A stretch of DNA of 41,705 bases from Jimgerdemannia flammicorona. Taxonomy: Eukaryota. The DNA lies in the NCBI GenBank assembly GCA_003990765.1, contig RBNJ01000102.1:1-41705 (forward strand). Reading direction: 5' to 3'. The translations under genes and the position numbers were made by a program. Every line of letters starts with the position of its first letter. The stretch's first letter is position 1. Below are positions 24,810 to 36,900 of the stretch, piece by piece. Below the pieces are notes generated by a model. It was given only the letters and a program-made list of their open reading frames with translations, was not told the origin of the DNA and searched no databases.

Positions 24810-25157
24810 ATATCTATATGGATTAAATCAAGTATATCAAATATGTATTTTATCTATTCTTTAAATAGCTGCTAAGATACTTTATTTGATATACAATCCT
24901 TACAGAAGTTATTATAAAGATATATTATCAGTAATCCTCATATAGATTTTTTCCTAATTATCTTTTTTAGACTCAATTTGCCTATATATCTCAAGTATTG
25001 ATGCTATATATTAGATATATTAGATATAGTTATTATATATACAAAGGTTTTTATACCACTTAGTATACCATTAATCATATAAAGATTACCTCATTTTGAT
25101 ATCATTATAATCTTCTTGTTATTCTTCAAACTATATATTATTGCTCCCATTAGATAT
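24810..25157 (-). pseudogene. Old Copia segment 2: GAG-pre-integrase to start of integrase
   Basis: FCKDCISNKVS*QLFK followed by DLIHID, continuous with 14475 across Gypsy-A. Confidence 0.8.
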
Positions 25158-25203
25158 TGTAATGTAGCAGACACTTACTCTTGAATAGTGCTCTGAATGA
25201 GTC

Positions 25204-25620
25204 AATTCGAATCAAATCTGGATTTGATTCATCACATGATGGTTTGATTCGAATCTCAAATCCGAAGCCATCTGAATCAACTTGGATTTAATCTGAATCA
25301 CCCCATCCGAATCACCCCATCCAAATTACCCATCCGAACCACCCCAATCTGAATCACTCAATCCAAATCACTCAATCCAAATTGCTCCATCCAAATCGCC
25401 CCATCTGAATCACCCATCCGAATCACCCATCCGAACCACCCCAATCTGAATCACTCAATTCAAATCACTCAATCCAAATTACTCAATCCAAATCACTCAA
25501 TTTGAATCCTCCAATTTGAATCCTCCAATTTGAATCCTCCAATTCAAATCCTCCAATTCGAATTCTTCAATCCAAATCCTCATCCAAATCCTTCAACTGA
25601 ATCCTCCAATCCAAATCCTC
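25204..25620. repeat. Left subterminal repeats of the hAT (atccgaatc/atccaaatc/atctgaatc)
   Basis: Dozens of short units next to the TIR, typical of hAT transposase-binding arrays. Confidence 0.85.
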
Positions 25621-25715
25621 CACATGACTCATATGCCAGATACGTCCACAACACAACACACACACACACATACACACACACACATACATATACACACGCA
25701 AACATGCAAACACAC

Positions 25716-27205
25716 ATGTCAACAGATCAGTCTTCAACAGTTCACAGTACCGATGATGCTTCAAGTCAAACATTCCTGATAGTTCCACACCTTCCATGCA
25801 TCCTCGCTCCAAAATCTGGCAACATTGTGCTAAGATAGGAAATGATGTTGTTTGTAATTATTGCAGGTAAAAAATTAAGATGCACCTATTGACACTTTGT
25901 TTCGACACACATATGATATTGTTTTGACACACACATGATATTGTTTCATCCACCCCCATGAACTGCACCAGCCAGAAGTTCAAAATGCTTGGGAGTACAA
26001 CTTCAAACATGAATCAACACATAAAAGACAAGCACTCTGACAAAATCAAAAAGAACACAGAGACAAATAAAATCGACATCCAAGCTGTAGTGGGTATGTT
26101 TATCCAATTGCCTGACCATTTCTGTACCAATAATGCTTTTAATCAAAAATATTTAGCCATACTCTTTGGCAGAATTTCGAAATTGGCTCATTTGCTGGAT
26201 TGTGTGCACAGACCAGCCATTCACAACCATCGAGAGTGATCAATTGCATAGCATCTTTGGCCTCCTCAAGCATGATTTATATTTGCCAAGTGCCGATACT
26301 ATTCACAAAGATGTCCTGGAGGCCTATAGGAAGGAGCATGACAATCTCCGCCAGACACTTTAGGTAAAATAAGGGCAGCACCATGACCTTTGCAAGCTGA
26401 ATTATATAAAAGAGCTCACCAATTTAACCTCACATTCAATAAGCAGAATTCGGCAGGCAAAATTTCGTTTACGATTGACACATGGACATCCCTCAATGCA
26501 ATTTTGTTTCTGGGCATTACTGGTCATTAGATTGATCTCAATTGGCAGCTTAAATCTCTCACCCTTGACTTCGTCAAACTTGCTGGCCCTCATTCTGGAG
26601 ACAACATTGCAGATGCTTTTATTAGTTGTATCCAGAAGCTTGGGATCACCACCAAGATAAAAAAGGGGGGCTTGCTATCAGGTCGGTGTTTTGATGGAGG
26701 TCCTAAACCAAACCAGATTTTATTGGTTACTTATTTTCACATAAAATTGTCAACTAAATATTTCAAGTACAGATTTTGACTATTACAATGGACAATGTCA
26801 CAAACAACTCAACATTTTTCCAAGGTTTAGTGGCCAGCCTCAAACAGGAAAATATGGCCTTCAGTGCAGAAAGCTGCCGTGTGTAATGCCAGGCCCACAT
26901 ACTGAACCTCGCTGTTCAGGACTATCTTATGTATATAGAAAAAACATCCGAGAGAGGAGGGGCCCTGAGTATAATTTCCAAGCTACGCAAACTGGTTGTG
27001 TCGGTCCGATCGTCCCCACAATGATGAGACAAATTCGCTGCGCAGTGTAGGGCAATCAGTTTAGCCCCGAAAGAGCTTATATTGGATGTCTGTATGTGTT
27101 GGAACTCAACATTTGCAATGATCCAGTGTGTGCTGGAGTTTGCTATGATATACATCCTTTTTTTCTTCGATCAGCTGAAGCAACTGTTTCAGATGATGGA
27201 AGATT

Positions 27206-27236
<31 letters not shown>

Positions 27237-28300
27237 AATAGATTCAATGATGGCTGCCAACAAGGAAATACGGGCCAAGGCTCTAGGTGAAAGTGAGTGG
27301 GATGTACTTAGGAATGTTGTCAGAGTTTTGGAAGTAAGTGGTGATTGCCCTGGCTCTACACTCATTTTGTCTACCTCCACACAATGCAATACCTCACCAC
27401 ATATAACTACCAGTGTTTCGATAATTGTATGAAGGATATAGTCAAACAAACGACCCTGACAATAAGCTTTGCAATACCAGTATACAACCTTCTGATTGAC
27501 TGGCTAAAGGACAAGCTTGAGGACAGACTGGAGGGTTGTAGTGATTTATGGTTAAGCCCAGATCAGAGAGACACTGTGGAGGTTGCTCTAAGCAAGCTTA
27601 GAAAATACTACTCTCAAACAGATACTGCCATATACTCAATTAGTACAGATATGTCGATGTCAGTATGTAGCCATTGCCCCTTCCAAAACAGAGGAAACCC
27701 TGCAAAAACTCACTCTTCTTTTCTTCGAACAGTGCTGGACCCACGCTTAAAGCTACAATACCATAAAGATCAGGGCTGGGAGCAGCACTTCATTGAGAGA
27801 ACCAAGCAGGCTGTAATTGAAGTGTACCAGAAAAACTATGCACTGCCGCAAGGTTCCAGCCAAAGTCTGGATGAATATGCTGAGGGATCCCTCCTGTCCC
27901 ACATTTACTTCAGCAGAAAGAGGAAGAGGGAGCCATCAGTGGAAGAGCTGCTGTCAATAGACGAACTTACCATTTACCTCGCCAGTGACCGCATGGTTCT
28001 GCTGGAGGACACAGAGGTGCTCAACTGGTGGAAGGTGGGTTGTCAGGTGGGTGTTGGGCCAATTTAACCCATCAATCTAACCACCACTCTATCCACCAGA
28101 GTGTGCAGCTGCATCAAACGGACTTCCCCAGCCTGTGTAGTATGGCTTGGGACTACCTGGTGATTCCTGCCTCCAGCGCTCCTGTTGAGTGGGTGTTCTC
28201 AGGTGGGGTGGACCTCGTTGCCCCAAAGAGGTGTGCGCTGAATGCTGAGACAATCCGGGCATGTATGTATCTGAAGTCTTGGTGGGGCTCGGGCTACTAA
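25716..28300 (+). pseudogene. hAT transposase (BED zinc finger, DDE core, hATC dimerisation domain), multi-intron and disrupted
   Basis: RSKIWQHC...VVCNYCS|QKF...STTSNMNQHIKDKH (BED); FTIDTWTS; ITMDNVTNN; CQAHILNLAVQ; LDVCMCWNST; VLDPRLK; VLNWWK; FPSLCSMAWDYLVIPASSAPVEWVFS. Confidence 0.95.
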
Positions 28301-28429
28301 AATTCAGCAGGTCCATGGATAAGTTGGTTGGCCTTGTGGAATATTTAATACCTTTTATAATAAAAAGGAAAAAAAAACCTGAGGACTCAGCCCGGAGTTT
28401 GCAGTCAAAGTGGGGTGGGGTTGACAGTG

Positions 28430-29030
28430 GCAGCGGAGGGAGCATACAATATTTGCAGCTCTTAGCCAGTAGCAAGGGGCAGCCCCAAGCTGCCAGTGCT
28501 CGGGTCAGCGGGTGGGTCGGTGGGCAGGTTGGTGGGTCGGTGGGCAGTGGGTGGGTCAGCAGAGGGAGCATGCAAAATTTGCAGCTCTCAGCCAGTAGCA
28601 AGGGGCAGCCCCAAGCTGCCAGTGCTTGGGTCAGCAGGTGGGTTGGTGGGCAGATTGGTGGGTCGGTGGGCAGTGGGTGGGTCAGTGGAGGGAGCATGCA
28701 AAATTTGCGGCCCTCTGCCAGCAGCAAGGGGCAGCCCCAAGCCGCAAGTGTCTGGGTCAGGGGGGTAGGTGCGAGGGAGCACACAAAATTTGCGGCCCTC
28801 TGCCAGCAGCGAGGGGCAGCCCCAAGCTGTCAGCACTCAGGTCAGTGGGCGGGGTCAGTTGGCGGGCGCGGGGTCAGTGGAGGGAGCATGCAAAAATTTG
28901 CGGCCCTCTGCCGGCAGCAAGGGGCTGCCCCAAGCTACAAGTATCTGGGACGGGCAGAGCAGGCAGAGGGAGCACGCAAAATTTGCAGCCCTCTGCCAGT
29001 GGCATAGGGGCAGCCCCAAGCTACCAAGGA
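28430..29030. repeat. GC-rich array: six copies of a ~60-bp core with G-rich spacers
   Basis: agggagcatgcaaaatttgcggccctctgccagcagcaaggggcagccccaagc starts at 28437, 28563, 28689, 28774, 28881 and 28967. Confidence 0.9.
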
Positions 29031-29300
29031 GTCTGGGGTGGAGGGTGCTTCTGGTAGTTGGAGGGTGCTTCTGGTGGTCAGAGAGCATTTCCGGTGGTCA
29101 AAGTCATCGGTTCGGGTCTCACAGGCACCCCAGCCCTACACCACAGTACTGCACTGGCAGCACTATAGAGCAGGGCCGAGGGGCCAGTAGGGCCCTGCAT
29201 AATGGCTAAGCTAGTGCTACATAAGAGGTGCCCAGCCCAACCCCCCCATGCTCAACCTGCACAAATGGCTGCCTAACCCTTATGAAAGATTACCTAACCC

Positions 29301-31416
29301 TCACAAAAACTGCTCCACCCACCAGTCCCAGGCCTTGATGAGCCTGTTGGCCATTGTGAGTGCGATGACTGTTGTGTCCGAGCTCTTCTTGAAGGCGACA
29401 GTGCTGTGGTGGTCATGTGGTTGGAATAGGATGGCCGTGTTGGCTGCAAACAGGACCCCGAAACCATAGGTGAGGTCATACCAGACTCCGCCGCTATCCT
29501 CCCAGGTTGGGCCCTTCCTTTTCAGAATGTAAAATATTACTGGGGTGACATTGTTGTCTGTGTGTATGGGCAGAGAAAGGTTGCACCCGACATATCCTGA
29601 TATGATGTGAGTGTACAGTTGGGTGAACCCTTGGCCCAGGACCTCATACTGCCAGGCTATGCTGGTGGATGCCTGCCCTTGGTCCAGCCCCGGTAGCCCC
29701 AGCTTGGAAACCTGCCAAAATGGATAGCAACCGGTCAGTCCTTTTTGCATTTGGGGGGGCAGAAACCCCCCGGGCCACAGAAACCCCCTGGGCTGCAGCA
29801 CCCCAAAAAAGCGGAGCTCCTCACCTCATACGGTACACTAAATTGCACCAAGAATGTATGTACAGCTGTGCCGAGATCACCACCAAGCTGGCCTGCCATA
29901 TGCTCTACCAATCTGCTCAAGAACCCCAGATCATAGCTGCCATCGCCACATAGGTCGTGTCATGCTCACGTGCAGTTTGCTCTTCAATGGTACTTCTAAA
30001 GTTCTGGTAGGGGTACAGAATCTTGTGCATCCCTGGAATTGTATCAAAAAGAGTATGTCGGCAAAGAGTGTGATTTATCTGGGGAGGGGTTAAAAAAAAA
30101 AGGGAGACGAGTGCGGGGGATTTCGGAACTCCAGAACCCACCCTTCACCAGTGTTGCAGTATACCCAATTCTCATCCAAACCCCCTCTCCTTGCTTTTTT
30201 CGCCCCCTCTTTTCTGCCACCCAGTATTTGACGCAATCCTTGCAAATCTCATTGATGTGGCAGTGAAGCTCATCACCATAGAGGTTCCTTACCACTATTA
30301 CAACCACCTCTCCATGTTCATTAATAAAGATATGGTTCTCTTCGTCGTTGGTTACTCCTGCTGGCCAATGGACTCCTTGGTTGAGTACGATTGGCTCTGA
30401 TTCGAATGTAGACCCCCAAGCCTTGATGACGATACTGGTACTGCTCATGCTGAACATCTTGCCCTTGAATTTCTCTATTTGATCAGATGCCGGATGTGGT
30501 TGAACTTAAGTAACTTTGAACTCTCCTTTCCAATGGAACTGAGCCCTGATCTGAGGGACTGAGATAAGTATGCAGACGGGTTGCATATGGACGGGTTGCA
30601 TGCGGGCGGGTTGTGAGTGGGTTGCGTGTGGGCAGGTTGCATGTGGGTGGGTTGCGTGCGGACAGGTTGCATGTGGATGGGTTGCATGCAGATTGCATGC
30701 AGGTGTGGGTGTTTTTTAGGGGGAGACCATGTAAAAATGAAATTAAATAAAACATGGAGATGGATATTTCAGAGAAAGAGCATGAGTGAGTGAGCTGCAT
30801 GCCGGTGAGTTGCATGCCGACGAATTGCACGAGTTGCACAAGAATTGCTCATGAAGGCTTGCTTCTGTTTCTTTTGAGACCTCCACCACGTGATGTATTG
30901 ACTCAACAGCTCAGCCACCAAAGGCATGCCCTGCAATGTCTGCCAGCCTTTCTTCATCTTGACCAGATGTTGCAAATAAAGTTGGCAGATCTCACCATAG
31001 AGTTGTGGACCCTAAGAAAAGCATGAGGTGAATTGGGTCATGCTGGGGAAGTTTAAATAAATACAAGTAAACAAGTGGTGGCCGAGTGAGCAACCTACAT
31101 CTACTATCAGCTGCTCCAAAAAGACTGCTGTATACATAGCTGTGAGGTCTGTGAATTCTGAGATCCAAAGGGCTGCTGTGAGTTGTTGCCGGAATTCTCC
31201 CTCATCCCCGCCATCGCCATTGCCACCACCACCACCATTGCCCCTTTGGCTCTTGATGAGCAGCTTGTGTGCTGTCCATATGAGAAAGGATCTAACATTG
31301 TCAGCAAAGAGTGCATTTCTACCTCAAATACTCCCTCTTTTGACGATTATTACAGGGTGAAAAATGAGTAGACTGGACCAATGTATGAATTAAGGGCTGT
31401 TGCTTTGTTTGCTCAT
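29301..31416 (-). pseudogene. hAT cargo gene: 2OG-Fe(II) dioxygenase, TET/JBP-like. Proposed exons 31416-31099, 31011-30853, 30550-30142, 30032-29825, 29711-29301
   Basis: The last exon reads SGYVGCNLSLPIHTDNN...SGGVWYDLTYGFGVLFAANTAILFQPHDHHSTVAF...NRLIKAW, with HxD plus a distal H and a GG-aromatic strand. Upstream it reads RIGYTATLVKGMHKILYPYQNF. Intron phases are consistent, but the model needs three C>T stops reverted, one 1-nt frameshift near 29925 and one decayed GT donor at 30852. Confidence 0.72.
30575..30700. repeat. Short tandem repeat (gggttgcatgtg-like, about 15 bp) inside a cargo-gene intron
   Basis: Seen directly; it explains the repetitive ORFs 30475-30687 and 30483-30839. 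Confidence 0.75.
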
Positions 31417-31554
31417 GATGCAGCAGGAAAGAATAAAGAAAAAGAACAAAGAAAAGAGAGGGAACAAAGGAAAGAGTGATGTCACCAAAGTGTGGCAGAA
31501 AAAAAAAAACAAGAGTGAAATGAACAAAAGAAAGGGTGATGTCACCAAAGATTT

Positions 31555-31800
31555 CAATCTGGATGGATCAATCCGGATGGGTCAATCTGGATGGATCAAT
31601 CCGGATGGATCATCTGGATGGATCAATCCGGATGGATCATCTGGATGGATCATCCGGATGGATCAATCCAGATGGATCATCCGGATGGATCAATCTGGAT
31701 GGATCAATCCAGATCAATCTGGATCAATCTGGATCAGATTACAAGACCAATCCGAGTTGATTCGAATCCATCATATGATGAATCTGAATCGAATCTCATC
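31555..31800. repeat. Right subterminal repeats of the hAT (ccggatggatca(a)t)
   Basis: Tandem 13-14-bp units next to the right TIR. Confidence 0.88.
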
Positions 31801-32276
31801 TGGATCAACTCCATTCATTTGGAGCACTACTCTTGAAAGTATGTCAGATTTCTGTATCTTGAAAACTTGACTGTTTGGACTCTCGCAGAGTCTCTTGAAG
31901 TTACAGGGGAGGGTGGGTGAGTTCGAGGTGTATCTGCCTGCAGGCTTACTAGTTTCTTTGCTATCTCTTTGCTTTGAACTATTTCGATCTGAGGTTTATT
32001 CACTCGAAGATACTGGGTTATTTATATAAGTTTGCTAGCTATGAGATGGTTACTGGGTTACATGGCTAAGTTATGAGTCATTTAACACTTTGCACAATGT
32101 TTCACCAGTTGCGAAATACTATACTATATTGGGGAGCTCAATTTTGCACTTTGTGAAATATTTAGCAAGTTGCAAAATTAAGGACTGTTAACTATGTGGC
32201 TATACTACTTTGGGACTGAGTATGATCAAGTATTTATTCCCTATTTCCTTCTTCTGAATCTGGCTATACCATCACA

Positions 32277-32288
32277 ACTTCCTCCTGA
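32277..32288 (-). promoter_or_regulatory. Polypurine tract of Gypsy-B
   Basis: Minus-strand tcaggaggaagt lies immediately before TGTGATGG of the 3' LTR. Confidence 0.65.
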
Positions 32289-32313
32289 ATAGATGATCTC
32301 GTCCCTAAAGCAT

Positions 32314-32775
32314 CTATTCAAACTCCCAAGCTTCAATGGTCTGTATGGTCTTGTATTGCACAATTTGTTGTATCACTGTTTCCCAATGGTGTCGCCTAAC
32401 TCAGTTGAAGTCTGAGGGAGTCACTCCTCGCAGGTGGGCTAGTGCTGATTCATCCTCTCAGAATAGCTTGTGGATTCTTTTGGCAATGGTAATCTGGAAA
32501 TAGGAGAGCTGGCATTCTGCAATCCAATTTTCTTTGGTCATTTCTGGGTCTTGGTTGAGTACTTGGTCAAGTTTGAAGTACTCTTGGAATTTGTTCCGAT
32601 GCTGATAGGCCTTGAAGTGTGAGATCCAAGAGAGATGAGTCTGCACGATGCTTTGGATACCATCATAAGACTCCTCTATGGTCGGAGGCTCAGTGGTACA
32701 CCATTGTCTCTTGATGGCTCTTTGGGCAGCACTAGTGATCTTGAGTGCCATCACAGTACTTTTGTTACCGGCCAT
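32314..32775 (-). pseudogene. Unknown accessory ORF-X of Gypsy-B (153 aa if two TGA are read as CGA)
   Basis: MAGNK...FQEYFKLDQVL...ITIAKRIHKLF*EDESALAHLRGVTPSDFN*VRRHHWETVI...WEFE. The ATG overlaps the integrase end. Confidence 0.7.
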
Positions 32776-33957
32776 GATATTTCTTGAGTCAGTTTCGATG
32801 AATGGTGGTGGGAATTATAGTGCCTGAGGGTTTTCATAGCCAAAAGGTAGTTCCTTTTATATCTTGTATGAGGTAAGGTCCTTCCCACTTAGGCTCCAGT
32901 TTTCATGACCATGAAGCTTCAACTATATTCCGATACACCAGGACTTTGTCTCCTATCTTGATAATCTCTAAGGATTTGTGGGTCTTTTCAACATTCCTCT
33001 ATTGTAGTGTCTGTGCCTTAGTTATGTAATCCTCAGCCTTCTTCCTGATTTGGTGTAGTCTCCATATTTCCATATCTATATGTTTCCATACGGCATCTCC
33101 ATTGGATGACAAGGTTCCCTGAGAACATTCTTCTCTGAACAGCATTTCTCGAAAGGTAAAGTGAGTGCTTTGTGATCAGATATCCCAGAGAGCAGATAAT
33201 GCTATTGGTAGATAGTGATCCCAGTTCTTGTAGTTATTGCAGATCTTGGCAATAACGTTCTTGAGGGTTTTGTTGGTCCTTTCTACTTGTCCATTTCCTT
33301 GAGGGTGATATACTGTAGTCTGAATATATTGGATCTTGTACTTCTTGTAGAGAACTTCAAAGAACTGGTTCATGAATTCTGTTCCTCTATCTGTAGTTAC
33401 TTGATTGGGGTCTTGAACCGGCAGATGATTTTCTTGTAGAAGAAATCAGCGATTGACTGTGCATTGGCTTCCATAAGGGGTCCCACTTCTATCCATTTTG
33501 TAAAGAGGTCTATGATGATGATGATATATCAGTTGCCAGTCAAGGTCAAGGGTAGGGGGCTGATTATATCCATTGCAATGTGGGCAAATGGTACTGGTTC
33601 TATGTGTGCTGATCCTGGGGATTGATTTCATTGGTCTTGTTTCTGTTTCTGGCATTTGTCACAGGTCTTGACGAATTGTCTAATATCTTCCTCCATCCCT
33701 GGCCACCATATTATTCTCCTTGCCTTGTCATATGTATTCGTTCCTCCTAGATGGCCAAGTTCATATACTGATTTCATCACTTGCTCCTTCTTGTGTTCTG
33801 GTATGACTAGTAGTTTTCCTCTCTTCAGTGTTTCTCCATCAGTTTCGAATTGTTTCCATGTTCTGTTGATAATCATTTGTGTCTATTCTTCCAGATGTTG
33901 GGGCATCTTTCACTGTCCCAGGTATGTGATAATTCTATAGTAGAGCTCCTTATTCAT
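32765..33957 (-). pseudogene. Gypsy-B integrase in its own ORF (ATG overlaps the RNase H end)
   Basis: GHLGGTNTY...WWPGMEEDIRQFVKTCDKCQK; YHPQGNGQVERTNKTLK; KWEGPY; ends IHRN*LKKYHGR. Confidence 0.88.
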
Positions 33958-36900
33958 GATGATTTTGTGGGGGTGGGGTCTTTTGGGGTGTCTGTGAGAG
34001 GGTGTCGGCATTAGCATTGGTTCTTCCAGAGTGGTGTATGATCATTACATCATAAGCTTGCAACTTCATTATCTATCTGGCATAGATTCCTTTGGGTTGT
34101 CCAGTTGTCAGTAGCCAGATGAGAGCTGAGTGATCTGTTTGGATGGTGAAGTGTCTTCCAGCCAAGTAGTAGTGGAACTTTTCTATGGCCCAGATGACTG
34201 CAAGGCATTCCAACTTGTAGGATTCATATTCTTTTTCAGCTCCTCGGGTTCCGTGGCTGAGGTATGCAATGACATACTCCACTTTATCTTTCTTTTGAGC
34301 TAGGACTACTCCTAGTCCTTGTGCACTTGCATCAGTCTGTAAGATGAATTCTAGAGTCCAGTCAGGTCTTCTGAGGATGGGTGCCTGGGTCAGTCTGACC
34401 TTGAGTTTATCAAATGCTTTTTGTTGTTTGCCAGTCTACTGGAACTTGGTATCCTTCTTGTTAAGTTCATAGATTGGTCCTGCAATATTAGAAAATCCTC
34501 TAATAAATCTGTGATAATAGGAGGCGAGTCTCATGAAGGCTTGGGCTTCTGTAACAGTGGTGGGTCTTGGGTATGCTGCTACTGCTTATATCTTGAGGGG
34601 GTCCATGTGTGTTCCATCTCAGTTGATGATGTGGCCGAGATAGGAGATCTCAATTTCTGTGAACTTGCACTTCTTGAGTTTGATGTAAAGGCCATATTGT
34701 CTTAGTCTCTCCATTATCTGCTGTATGTACTGCAGATGTTCCTCAGGTGTCTTGCTGTAGATGATTATATCATTGATGTAGACCATCATCCATCTTCTCA
34801 TATCATAGTGGAAGATTTTGTTCATCATTCACTGGAAACTTGCTGGTGCATTGCACATTCCAAATGGCATTCATAGGTAGACGTAGGTTCCATCTGGAGT
34901 GATGAAAGCTGACTTTTCACTTGCCATGTCTGTGAGTCCGATTTAGTGGAATCCTGAGTATAAGTCCAAGGTGCTATAGTATTGTGCTTCATCTTCCAGT
35001 GTTATGAGGATGTCATTGATGAGGGGCAGTGGTTGGCGATCCTTCTTGGTAACCATGTTGAGTTTTCTGTAGTTGATACAGAGTCTTGGGGCGAATTCTC
35101 CAGGCTTGCTACCTTTTTTTGGAGCCAGTACAAAAGGTGAGGACCAGGGACTGCTGGCTTCTTTAATGATACTGGCTTCTTCCATCTGCTTGATTTCTTC
35201 TCTGAGCCATTCTCAGTAGGCTGGCAGGACAGGTCTTGCTTTCTGATAAATTGGTTCAGTGTCTCCAGTATCTACTTCATGATAGTAGTGTGGGGTCTTT
35301 CCTTTGATATCCTTGAAATCTGTGGCAAGGACATCTTCGAATTCATGGAGTATTTTCTTGAGTTCTTTCTTGAGTGGAAATTCATTTCCGATGGTATAGC
35401 TGTGCTTGCTTGTGTTTTTCTCCTTCTTATGCTCGAGTTCAGTGATCTTGGTGTTGGTGAATACTCCTCTTCCTGTGGATCCAAATACTTTCTTTCCTCT
35501 TCTTGTTTTCTTCAGCTTCTTAACTTCTATGATCTTTGGTTGTAGGATCGGAAAGATCAACATTTGCGCCAATCGGTCCTTCTTCTTGACTGGAAATGGG
35601 ATTGTAGGATTGTGATTCCTAGCAATGAGTAGAATTTCTCTAGTGTAGTCTGAATCAATAACTCCTCCTTTGATTGTAATTTCACTTCTAGCCAGGCTGC
35701 TTCTTGTCTTGAGAATCCTGATATGATCCTTTGAGATGGTCATCTCCAATCCAGTTGCAAGTAGGGTAGTTGTCTGGGGTTCCAGTATGGTCTCTTCTAC
35801 TGTAGTGATGTCCATTCCAGCTGCATTTTCTGACTTGTATTCTGGCAAGACTGCATCAGGGTGGATCTTTCAGATCTTGACCTTGATTTCTTCTTCATCA
35901 TCACTGTCCTCCAGGAGAGCTGGTGGTTCATCATCTTCCTCCTTCTCTTCTTCCCTAACCTGTTTTTCAAGAGCTTTCTGCCTTCTTTCCTGGTGGATCT
36001 TCCTGATTCCGATGGTGCACTGGTAGCAATTATTGACATGCTCCATGCAGTACATTTTGATCCCATGAGGACAGACTCCTTGTGAGGCATAACCTTCTGT
36101 GATCTTCTTACACCATTCTTCTTCACTCATCCATCCAACTTTCTTCTTCTTTGGAGTAGTCACCATATAAGCTTTCTCTTGCTTGCTCTCTTCTTCCTCC
36201 ATATCAGGCAGGACTCCTTTGTTGACATTGATGGGAATTTGTATCTTCTGTCCCCAGTAGATGATCTGCATCTTCTGGATGTTGAGATCGATTACTGCCT
36301 TGGCTTTGTGAAGCCATTGATTGCCAATGAAGATGTCATAGTTGGTGGTGTTGGTTACAATTACATCTACTGGGATGGTTGCTCCTCCAATCTTGATGGG
36401 AACATCTCAGATCTTTCCCAGAGATGTGGCTCTTATGCCATCGGCTGTGACAAACACCAGCTTAGTTGCTTCTTCCACATCCCAACCTAGGCAGTCTGCT
36501 GCCTTCTTGCTGAGGAGACATCCTCTTGCTCCTGTATCAATGATGGCCTCAAAGATTCTATCTTCGATTTGGCATATTGCATATGCAGAGGTTTTGCAAT
36601 TGTCCTCACTTTCTTCTTCTGAGTCCTCTTGAACATTATTGGCCTCAGTTATCTTCCATCCCTATTCCTTAGTTGTTTCGGCAAGTCCAAACCTCATTTG
36701 CTGTCTGAATGTTGGGATTTCTGCAAGCTGACCAAAGGTTGCATTGACCTTTTGTTGGCTGAGGTCCTTGAAGATATCATACTTAAAGGTCTTGGTCTTG
36801 TGAAGCTTCTTCTCTTTTTCTCCTTCACTGGCTGGAGTGATTCCTCGGATGATACATATCTTGAACTACTTACTCCAGCTCTGTATCTTGGTCCATCTCT

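Larger units (their letters stand above)
25186..31829 (+). mobile_element. hAT DNA transposon (6644 bp) with TIRs, an 8-bp TSD (CTCTTGAA), a transposase and a cargo gene
   Basis: The left end reads TAGTGCTCTGAATGA and the reverse complement of the right end reads TAGTGCTCCAAATGA. CTCTTGAA lies at 25178-25185 and 31830-31837; the empty site is visible in the intact LTR at about 38081. Confidence 0.95.

Noticed and set aside
28430-29030. CRISPR-like repeat-spacer array
   Set aside because: Eukaryotic context, degenerate ~60-bp cores, spacers similar to each other, and no cas genes.
28089-29209. Long overlapping ORFs (231, 248, 143 and 146 aa) as genes
   Set aside because: They are by-products of the GC-rich tandem array, open in several frames on both strands.
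30033-30141. Nearer splice acceptor at 30079 for the cargo gene
   Set aside because: It leads into a frame with several stops, whereas the acceptor at 30033 gives the open GMHKILYPYQNF...MAAMIWG frame.
31400-31870. ORFs with GWINPDGS or MDQSG repeats
   Set aside because: They are translations of hAT subterminal repeats, and one crosses the TIR.
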